A DNA stretch of 64,000 bases from Bacteroidota bacterium (GTDB taxonomy: Bacteria; Bacteroidota; Ignavibacteria; Kapaibacteriales; Kapaibacteriaceae). The notes under the pieces were generated by a model that did no database searches, was not told the origin of the DNA, and worked only from the letters and a program-made list of their open reading frames with translations. Position numbers and translations under genes: made by a program. Each line of letters opens with the position of its first letter. The stretch's first letter is position 1. Location of the stretch: contig JAFDZT010000004.1 in NCBI GenBank assembly GCA_018266735.1, positions 887,728 through 951,727 on the forward strand, read 5' to 3'. Below, one piece after another: positions 18,576 through 26,076 of this stretch.

Positions 18576-19536
18576 TCGATCTCGCTCTGCATGCCTTGCC
18601 GTACTGATCATCAGTGCATGCTGTCTTGTGCAGTGCACCACCACGACCGGCCCCGCACCCGTTGCACCACTCTACGTTGTGCCGAACGGATTTCCGGAGC
18701 CGGTCTTTCCTGCCGACAATCTGCCGAGCGCTGAGCGCATCGCCCTCGGAAAAGCACTCTTCATGAGCACGGCCTTGTCGCGCACGAACACCATTGCATG
18801 TGCAAGCTGTCATCTCGAGCAGTATGCCTTTGCCGACACTGCAACGGTCTCCGTTGGCGTGGAAGGCCGGCGCGGCACACGCAACGCACCTTCGCTCTTC
18901 AACGTGGCCTATCATCCGTACTACATGCGCGAGGGTGGCGTGCCCACGCTTGAGATGCAAGTGCAGGTGCCCATTGCAGAGCACAACGAGTTCGACTTCA
19001 ACATTCTGCAGGTGCAGGCCCGACTTACCGCCGACACGTCCATCGTCAACGCTGCAATGCGTGCCTATGGGCGACCGCCGGATCCATTCGTGATCACGCG
19101 CGCCATTGCCTGTTTTGAGCGCACGTTGCTCAGTGGTTCGTCGCGCGCAGACCGACAGGATCTCACGAGTGCGGAGCAACGCGGACGAGTGCTCTTCGAG
19201 AGCACGCGCACGAATTGCACGTCATGTCATGGCGGCTTCAACTACACTACGTATGCCTTCGAGAACAACGGCCTTGCTTCGGTCTATGCAGATAGCGGAC
19301 GCTATCGCCTGACACGATCAACCGCCGATATCGCGCGGTTCAAGGTTCCGTCGCTCCGTCATGTTGGTGTGACCGCACCGTACATGCACGACGGATCGTT
19401 GCGCACGTTGCGAGATGTGCTCGACCACTACAACAGCGGCGGTCATCTGCACCCGCAGAAGAGTCCGCTCATCCGTCCACTTGGACTCACGCGTCAAGAA
19501 CTCGACGACCTCGAAGCCTATCTTCGCGCACTCTAG
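18562..19536 (+). CDS. Di-heme cytochrome c peroxidase family protein (MbnH/MauG/CCP-like)
   Basis: Track ORF 18328..19536. ATG 18562 gives the lipoprotein signal MMVSDRSRSACLAVLIISACC and overlaps the upstream stop by 14 nt. Two CxxCH motifs (CASCH, CTSCH) and the conserved PSLRHVGVTAPYMHDGS. Confidence 0.9.
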   Translation: MMVSDRSRSACLAVLIISACCLVQCTTTTGPAPVAPLYVVPNGFPEPVFPADNLPSAERIALGKALFMSTALSRTNTIACASCHLEQYAFADTATVSVGVEGRRGTRNAPSLFNVAYHPYYMREGGVPTLEMQVQVPIAEHNEFDFNILQVQARLTADTSIVNAAMRAYGRPPDPFVITRAIACFERTLLSGSSRADRQDLTSAEQRGRVLFESTRTNCTSCHGGFNYTTYAFENNGLASVYADSGRYRLTRSTADIARFKVPSLRHVGVTAPYMHDGSLRTLRDVLDHYNSGGHLHPQKSPLIRPLGLTRQELDDLEAYLRAL

Positions 19537-19545
19537 AACTGGACC

Positions 19546-21582
19546 ATGGCAACCACGCTTGACGATCTCCTGCATCGTGCCGATCATGCTGCGAACACGC
19601 ACGACATCGATCTGCTGCGCACACTGGTCAACGAGGCGCGCGCCATCCAACCATCACTTGCCAATGTTGACGCTGTACGCGTTGACGCGGAGTGCGCAAG
19701 GTGGGAAGGAATTCGATCTGCCATCATGGGAGATCTCCCTGCCGCCCTCGCATCCTTTGAGCAAGCCCTTTCGCATTTCATGGCCATCGAGCACGAGAGC
19801 GGCATCTCTCGCGCTATGGGCAACATTGCCCTTATCCACTCCGATATGGGTGACTATTCCACAGCGCTTACGTGGTATCACCGTGCATTGGAGCGAAGCG
19901 AGCAACAAGGAGACGAGGCCACGATGGCCATCGTGCTCGGCAATATTGGCGTCACGCATTCAAGATCGGGAGCTCAGAACGAGGCGCTCACGTGGTATCA
20001 CCGTTCGCTTGAGATCCATCAACGTCGCGGAGATGCCGCCAGCGCTGCGCGACTCATGGGGAATATCGGCGTCATCTACGGTCGTATCGCCGACTTCACC
20101 GCCGCCTTGCAATGGTTGTTCGAAGCTCTTGCCACGCATGAGTCGATGGGCAACCGCCGAAACTCGGCCATCGTCATGGGGAGCATCGGACATGTGTACA
20201 CGGTGATGGGCGACTATGCTACGTCGATCGACTGGTACATGAAGGCGTTGGTGATCGAAGAAGAGATGGGAAACACGCACGGCATTGCTGTAACGACAGG
20301 GAACATCGGTTCGGTCTACGGCGATGTTGGTGATGCGCGCGAAGCACTCGTCTGGCTCCGTCGCGCCCACGAAATGCACGTGACCAGTGGCAACAAGCAC
20401 AGTGCCGCTCATGCGCGCGGGAACATCGCCGAGGCACTCATCGAGTTGGGCGAACTCGATGCCGCGGATCGGGAGTTGCGCGATGTCATCACGATCTCCG
20501 ATGAACTGGGACAGCGCAGTTTGAATGTGCGTGCGCGAAACACGCTCGCACGACTCCTCTTACGTCGCTCGTCGATCGACGAGGCTCGCATGCTGATCGA
20601 TGGTATCTCGCACCTCGTGTGGGAAGAGCCGCTTCCCTCGATCGCTGCACACCAGAACCGTAGTACGCTTGCCTCGATCGATGGCGATGTGACACTGGCG
20701 GAACGTGAGCTTGTGCGAGCACTGGAGATCGCCCGGCAGCATGGGATCCGGCGCGAAGAAGCACTGATCCACAAGGCCTTGCGAGACCTCTGCCGCCGTC
20801 AGTCACGACTTGCCGAGAGCATCGAGCATGCCGATGCTTTCGAAGCGATCAACGATGAACTCCTTGGAGAGCAACAACGACGTCGCGTCGACCTCCTCGT
20901 CGTCGAACACACCATGGCCAATGAACGTCAGCGCGCCGAGCGTCAGCGCGCTCTCCTGTACAACCTCCTTCCGGAGTCCATCGCCCATCGCATCCTGAAC
21001 GGCGAGACCGATGTGGCCGACGACTTCGATGATGCCGGCGTGCTCTTCATCGATGTGGCGAACTTCACTCGCACCGCACATGGGAAGCGCACGTCGGAGG
21101 TGCTCACCATGTTGAACGACCTCTTCACACGATTCGACACCATCGCCGAAGAACACGGCATCACAAAGGTGAAGACCATTGGTGACGCATGGCTCGGTGT
21201 GTCCAATGCCCCCACCACCCTACCGCAGCATCATCATGCCCTTGCGCTTGCAGCGTGCTCCATGCTTGCATCGAGTCGATCCGTTGGCGTCGACGTACGC
21301 CTCGGTCTTCACTCCGGTCCCATCTCTGCCGGCGTGATCGGTACATCCCGTCGCACATGGGATGTATGGGGCGATACGGTGAACGTGGCATCGCGCATGG
21401 AATCGACGAGTGACGTTGGTCGCATTCATGTAAGCGACGCCTTCGCCCATGCCTTGGCCAACGACCTGCGCACACAACCGACGTCGACATCGCTTCGCAT
21501 CGTTTCACGGGGCGAGGTGCAGGTGAAAGGGAAAGGCACGATGACAACGCACTGGCTTGAACACATCAAGGAGGCAGGGTGA
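19546..21582 (+). CDS. TPR-repeat protein with class III adenylate/guanylate cyclase domain (paralog 2)
   Basis: 678 aa with the same architecture as paralog 1: GNIALIH/GNIGVTH TPR repeats, ERQRAERQRALLYNLLPESIAHRI, FIDVANFT, KVKTIGDAWLGVS, GLHSGPISAGVIG, WDVWGDTVNVASRME. Confidence 0.9.
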   Translation: MATTLDDLLHRADHAANTHDIDLLRTLVNEARAIQPSLANVDAVRVDAECARWEGIRSAIMGDLPAALASFEQALSHFMAIEHESGISRAMGNIALIHSDMGDYSTALTWYHRALERSEQQGDEATMAIVLGNIGVTHSRSGAQNEALTWYHRSLEIHQRRGDAASAARLMGNIGVIYGRIADFTAALQWLFEALATHESMGNRRNSAIVMGSIGHVYTVMGDYATSIDWYMKALVIEEEMGNTHGIAVTTGNIGSVYGDVGDAREALVWLRRAHEMHVTSGNKHSAAHARGNIAEALIELGELDAADRELRDVITISDELGQRSLNVRARNTLARLLLRRSSIDEARMLIDGISHLVWEEPLPSIAAHQNRSTLASIDGDVTLAERELVRALEIARQHGIRREEALIHKALRDLCRRQSRLAESIEHADAFEAINDELLGEQQRRRVDLLVVEHTMANERQRAERQRALLYNLLPESIAHRILNGETDVADDFDDAGVLFIDVANFTRTAHGKRTSEVLTMLNDLFTRFDTIAEEHGITKVKTIGDAWLGVSNAPTTLPQHHHALALAACSMLASSRSVGVDVRLGLHSGPISAGVIGTSRRTWDVWGDTVNVASRMESTSDVGRIHVSDAFAHALANDLRTQPTSTSLRIVSRGEVQVKGKGTMTTHWLEHIKEAG

Positions 21583-21842
21583 CAACGGCACAACGGTCAA
21601 CGGGCAGACCTCTCTAGGCCCCACGAACAGGCGTGTATGAGGACAAGCTCTTCTCTACCGTCTACGTTGGAAGTGCACTGCTCTTCCTGAGAATGTATCG
21701 GCTCCAATGTCTTCATCTTCGGCGCCGGAGTGCACCGTCTCTTCGTGCTCGTCTTTCCCGCATGGGTGCTGCTGGTGGGCGTGGCGATCTTGATCACGAT
21801 CCTGCGGATACTGGAAGTTGGGAAGGAAATGGAAGAGTAATG

Positions 21843-21891
21843 CAGAATACAGAATACAGAATTCAATGTCAGAATCTGAGAATACAGAATC
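21843..21891 (+). repeat. Second heptamer family, CAGAATA-like, about 7 imperfect units
   Basis: cagaata cagaata cagaatt caatgt cagaatc tgagaata cagaatc read directly. Confidence 0.85.
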
Positions 21892-21902
21892 TCACGAAGT
21901 GC

Positions 21903-21934
21903 CACTCGTCACTTGTCACTTGTCACTTGTCACT
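21903..21934 (-). repeat. Heptamer array (rc orientation), about 4.5 units
   Basis: cactcgt cacttgt cacttgt cacttgt cact read directly. Confidence 0.95.
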
Positions 21935-21969
21935 AAAAATGGCGGTCCACCTTTCAGCGAACCGCCATT
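21934..21969 (-). terminator. Intrinsic terminator for the minus-strand NmrA-like gene
   Basis: On the minus strand, AATGGCGGT (loop of 14 nt) ACCGCCATT is followed by TTTTT. The 9-bp stem pairs 21938-21946 with 21961-21969. Confidence 0.7.
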
Positions 21970-21979
21970 CTCATAATCT

Positions 21980-22073
21980 CACGCAGTGTCCCACGCAGTG
22001 TCCCACTCCGTGTCCCACGAAGTGTCCCACGCAGTGTCCCACGCAGTGTCCCACATAGTGTCCCACGCAGTGT
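21980..22073. repeat. 12-bp tandem repeat (CACGCAGTGTCC-like), about 8 units, in the 3' UTR of the NmrA-like gene
   Basis: Read directly. The units differ only in the 3-nt stretch following the CAC (GCA/TCC/GAA/ATA). The array abuts the stop codon at 22075-22077. Confidence 0.95.
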
Positions 22074-22074
22074 A

Positions 22075-23013
22075 TCAGACTGGGATGAGCGACTTGTTCT
22101 CTTCCAGCCACGATGCATAGCTCTGCAGTTCCGGATTCAGTGCACGCACGATGGAGAGATCGCGTGCGCCCACATAGTCGTCATTGAACTCGGCCTTGAA
22201 CTGGAACATGTTGCCCATGTCGTCGGCACCGGGGAACCCGAAGCTGCGGTAGACGGATGCAGGCACGGCATTGTAGACCACGTCTTCGCCCAGCGCCTTC
22301 GTCAACCCTGCCGCCATTTCATTCCCTGTGAGGTGCTCACCGGCAATGCTGATCGTCTTACCGATGGTGGATGGATCCTTGAAGATGGCGAAGGCCACCT
22401 TGCCGATATCCTTGACGGCGATGCCGGGCAACTTCTTGTCGGCCATGGGCATGGTAAGTGCCAGCTTGCCATCGGCGCCACGTGCAGGACCAGCGCCGAA
22501 GTAGATGAAGTTCTCCCAATAGAAGGCCGTGTTGAGGATCGTGCGTGGCAACCCGTCGAAGTACGCATTTGCCTCACCCTTGGCATCGAAGTGCGGCACC
22601 TTGTACTCGCCTTGCAGCGTTGGCATGCGATCGTCGGACAGCGGGATCCACTTGCGTGTGTCTTCGAGCGACGACCAGATGATGTGCTTCACACCGGCCG
22701 TGCGAGCCGCATTGGCCATGTTCTTTGCTGTTTCCTTCTCCTTTGCTGGCGAGAAGTGATCCCAGAAGAACGTCACGAAGAACGCACCATACGCTCCCTG
22801 AAGAGCTGCAGCGATGCTGGCCTCGTCGTTCACATCGGCGGCCACCACTTCGGCGCCCGCTGCTGCAAGGGCCTTGGCCTTGTCGGAATTCACATCACGC
22901 GTGATGGCACGCGCTGCATACTCCCCCGACGTGTCGGCAAGAATGGCTCGAACAAGGGCGCCGCCTTGGGCACCGGTTGCGCCAACAACGGCGATGATCT
23001 TTTTGTCGGACAT
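22075..23013 (-). CDS. NmrA-family NAD(P)-binding protein
   Basis: Track ORF 22075..23082. ATG 23013, preceded by AGGAG, gives MSDKKIIAVVGATGAQGGALVRAIL (Rossmann GxxGxxG). The remainder is NmrA-like. Confidence 0.85.
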   Translation of the reverse strand: MSDKKIIAVVGATGAQGGALVRAILADTSGEYAARAITRDVNSDKAKALAAAGAEVVAADVNDEASIAAALQGAYGAFFVTFFWDHFSPAKEKETAKNMANAARTAGVKHIIWSSLEDTRKWIPLSDDRMPTLQGEYKVPHFDAKGEANAYFDGLPRTILNTAFYWENFIYFGAGPARGADGKLALTMPMADKKLPGIAVKDIGKVAFAIFKDPSTIGKTISIAGEHLTGNEMAAGLTKALGEDVVYNAVPASVYRSFGFPGADDMGNMFQFKAEFNDDYVGARDLSIVRALNPELQSYASWLEENKSLIPV

Positions 23014-23061
23014 GGAAAGCTCCTGTTTGTATATGTGTTGTAACACAAACATAGGGAGGAA

Positions 23062-23099
23062 GTGACAAGTGACAAGTGACAAGTGACGAGTGACGAGTG
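23062..23099 (+). repeat. Heptamer array, about 5.4 units
   Basis: gtgacaa x3, gtgacga x2, gtg read directly. It lies in the divergent region between the NmrA-like gene and cyclase paralog 3. Confidence 0.95.
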
Positions 23100-23154
23100 G
23101 TGGTCAGCCTGAAAGTGCGCAAATTGCTGGGGGTAGGCCGGGTGGTCCGGCGCG

Positions 23155-25059
23155 ATGAACAGGAGCTTCAACAACACGGAGAAGGGCGTGCTCGAGGTCA
23201 CTTCCATAGAACAGGCAACCGAGATGGGTGCACAGGCCATCAGGGTGCAGGACGTGCCGACCATTCTTGCCTTGGCCGCTTGGCTGGCAGAGCATGGCGA
23301 GGCGCGCGGGAAGCTGCTGGCCTTGTACTACGAGGGGGTGGCGGCGTTGTACGTTGGTGACCTTTCGACGGCCATTCCTCGGTTGAACGAAACACATGCG
23401 ATCGCCGCCGAGACCAACGATCTGCCCATGATGTCGAACGTGCAAACGGCACTTGGCAACATCAGTATGATGCAGGGCGACTATGCCATGGCGCTCGACC
23501 ACTTCGGAAGATCCATCGAACTGAACATCGTCCGAGGCAACAAGGAAGGCGTGGCACTTGCACACCGACAGCGCGGCGGCGTCCTCATGTTCTCGGGGAA
23601 GTGGTCCGACGCTCTTGAGGAACTCACCCGTGCGCTCGACATCTATGAAGAGCTGGGCGATCAGATCCTTGTCGGACAAACACTGAACAGTCTTGGCACG
23701 CTCTACGCCCATGCTGGCGATATCACATCATCCATCGAACATCATTTCCGAGCATTGCGAGCGCTGGAAGAAGGCAACAGTCCAAACGATGCGGCCTTCA
23801 CCTACGGTCAGCTCGGCAACACCTATGCGATGCACGGAGAGGTGGAGCGTGCTGTGGAGCACTTCAAGCACGCACTACAGTACTACGAAGAAGCAGGCAA
23901 CAAGCGGGACTGTGTTGGACTGTATGGCAACATCGGTCTCACGTTCCTGAACAACGGTCGTGCCGAAGAGGCCGAGCCGTACCTGCTTCGAAGCAGTACC
24001 ATGGCACGCGAGTTGGGCGCGATGCATGAGTGCGCTTTCTTCACGGAGGCCTATGGGCAGGCGCTCCTTGCATTGGAGCGCGTGGAGGATTGCAAAGCAC
24101 TTCTCGACCGAGAGCAGGACATGTTATCGCGCTTCGGTGATGTATCGCTTCTTACCGAAGTACTGCGCGCCAAGCTTCTTCTTCATGATGGCGACATGAC
24201 AGCGGCACGCACGATGTTGGAGCAGACGCTGCAGCGCATGCAGACCGCATCGTTGGCACAGCATCGACTCATGGTGCATGAACAACTGCAGGCCATTGCA
24301 AAGCAGCAGGCCGACTTTGAATCCTACCTCACGCACGATGCCGCCATCAAGGCCATTCGCGAAGAACGCGAGGGCAAGGAGACCACGCAGAAGATCGCCT
24401 TCCAGGAGAAGCAGCGAGAGATGGAACGTGTTGAACGCGAGCATCAAAAGCACTTGACCGTCTTGCACAGTGCGCTGCCCAAGCACATTGCAGATAGGGT
24501 GGCAAGGGGCGAGGTGGTACAGGATCACTTTGAACGGGCGACGGTGCTGTTCGCCGATCTGGTGGGCTTCACGACCATGTCGTCTGCGCTCGATGCAGAG
24601 CAAGTGGTGGCCATGCTGGACAAGATCTTCGGTCGATGCGACGACGTAGTGGCCCAACACGGACTCTTCAAGATCAAGACCATCGGCGATTCATACATGG
24701 CCGTTTCGTTCGCCGATGCAGTCGCCGCTGCGCGCGCTGCGGTGGGCATCATGGAGGCCATCACCACCTCGGCACCGGAACTCCAATGTCGCATCGGCCT
24801 TCACTGCGGTCCCGTCGTCGCCGGCATCATCGGCTCCGAGCGCATGCAGTATGATGTGTGGGGCGACACCGTCAACGTGGCCTCGCGCATGGAAAGCTCC
24901 GGTCAACCCGGACGCATCCACATCTCCGACGTCATGGCCGACGAACTCCGCCGGTGCACCAAGGATGTTGACCTTGAGCCACGCGGCGAGATCAACGTCA
25001 AGGGCAAGGGCACGATGTCAACCTATTGGCTCGAGCGCATCGCCTCTTCAGAGCCATGA
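23155..25059 (+). CDS. TPR-repeat protein with class III adenylate/guanylate cyclase domain (paralog 3)
   Basis: 634 aa. TPR-like repeats, a coiled coil (EKQREMERVEREHQKHLTVLHSALPKHIADRV), FADLVGFTT, KIKTIGDSYMAVS, GLHCGPVVAGIIG, YDVWGDTVNVASRME. Confidence 0.9.
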   Translation: MNRSFNNTEKGVLEVTSIEQATEMGAQAIRVQDVPTILALAAWLAEHGEARGKLLALYYEGVAALYVGDLSTAIPRLNETHAIAAETNDLPMMSNVQTALGNISMMQGDYAMALDHFGRSIELNIVRGNKEGVALAHRQRGGVLMFSGKWSDALEELTRALDIYEELGDQILVGQTLNSLGTLYAHAGDITSSIEHHFRALRALEEGNSPNDAAFTYGQLGNTYAMHGEVERAVEHFKHALQYYEEAGNKRDCVGLYGNIGLTFLNNGRAEEAEPYLLRSSTMARELGAMHECAFFTEAYGQALLALERVEDCKALLDREQDMLSRFGDVSLLTEVLRAKLLLHDGDMTAARTMLEQTLQRMQTASLAQHRLMVHEQLQAIAKQQADFESYLTHDAAIKAIREEREGKETTQKIAFQEKQREMERVEREHQKHLTVLHSALPKHIADRVARGEVVQDHFERATVLFADLVGFTTMSSALDAEQVVAMLDKIFGRCDDVVAQHGLFKIKTIGDSYMAVSFADAVAAARAAVGIMEAITTSAPELQCRIGLHCGPVVAGIIGSERMQYDVWGDTVNVASRMESSGQPGRIHISDVMADELRRCTKDVDLEPRGEINVKGKGTMSTYWLERIASSEP

Positions 25060-25072
25060 AATCGTAGCTGGT

Positions 25073-25135
25073 TTGTCACTCGTCACTTGTCACTGGTAAC
25101 TCAACTCGTCACTGGTCACTTGTAACTCGTCACTT
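25073..25135 (-). repeat. Heptamer array (rc orientation), about 9 imperfect units
   Basis: ttgtcac tcgtcac ttgtcac tggtaac tcaactc gtcactg gtcactt gtaactc gtcactt read directly. It contains the stop codon (25130-25132) of the minus-strand membrane-protein gene. Confidence 0.95.
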
Positions 25136-26005
25136 AGACCTAAAGCTTTCTGCCATCGTCGCTTCACTAAATCCTTCCGGCACTTCTCCCGTCGTCGCAT
25201 AGCGATACAGTCCTGCAAGGAAGATCTGACTCAGCGTGCTTTGCACGATGCCCACACAAACGAGAGCCGCAAAGCCGATCGCAAAGAGCGTGAGCGTGAA
25301 CGCCAGGGAGTCGGCAGCCTGTGCGAAGTAGATGGCGATCACCGTTGCGAACACCACGAGCACGAATCCAACGAACCCTACCACCCCGAGGGCCATGTTC
25401 CCTACCAGCCCTTCGCCCCATGTCTTCTTCAGGAGTTGCACCGAGCTCTTCACGGCATCCTTCGGACCCAGACCTTGGGCGGCAACGATCGGCACAACGA
25501 AATACGTGGCGATGGCCCATGCGGCACCGATGAGTTTGATCACGATCCGACCGACCACGCCCAATCGCTGCTCGATCATGGAAAGGACAGCGCCCACGAA
25601 AGCAGCAACGGCCGACCATGCAAGGATCTGCGGGAGCCGCGCATTCGCCATCCGGAATCCATCGGCAACTGTTGGGTCCTGCCCTTCAAAGCGCATCAGC
25701 GCACACGACACCAGCGCCGTCCCGAAGTACGTCGTCAACGCATACTCCACATAGTACACGCCGAACACCATCACTGCCGTCAGCGCCGTGGCCGCCACGT
25801 CCATCGTCCCATCGCGGAACGTCCCATCAAAGGCCAGATACGCCATCTCCTGCAACGAAGGGATCAGGAAGGAGGCAAGGAGGACCGTGGCCAGCACGGC
25901 AATGGCACCCACGCCATTCAACACCGGAAACACCATCATCTCCGGATCTGCCTTCAACACATTCCAGCTCTCACGAGCGATCGCAAAGCCACGTTTGATC
26001 TTCAT
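25130..26005 (-). CDS. Multi-pass membrane protein (DUF6159-like)
   Basis: 291 aa. The N-terminus MKIKRGFAIARESWNVLKADPEMMVFPVLNG is followed by about 6 hydrophobic helices. Confidence 0.7.
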   Translation of the reverse strand: MKIKRGFAIARESWNVLKADPEMMVFPVLNGVGAIAVLATVLLASFLIPSLQEMAYLAFDGTFRDGTMDVAATALTAVMVFGVYYVEYALTTYFGTALVSCALMRFEGQDPTVADGFRMANARLPQILAWSAVAAFVGAVLSMIEQRLGVVGRIVIKLIGAAWAIATYFVVPIVAAQGLGPKDAVKSSVQLLKKTWGEGLVGNMALGVVGFVGFVLVVFATVIAIYFAQAADSLAFTLTLFAIGFAALVCVGIVQSTLSQIFLAGLYRYATTGEVPEGFSEATMAESFRSK

Positions 26006-26076
26006 AGGGGAGTCACTATGTGAATTGTTTTGATGAAATTAGTTGATTGAGGGTTACGAACGAATCGCAAAGACGA

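Noticed and set aside
21597-22058. Track ORFs 21597..21905 (-) and 21633..22058 (+), plus 28794..29090, 28867..29778, 56961..57644, 57223..57429 and 35226..35624, whose products contain SLVTCHLSLVTCH, QCPTQCPT or FSFTS repeats.
   Set aside because: They are translations of the stop-free strand of the tandem repeat arrays running into neighbouring DNA, not genes.
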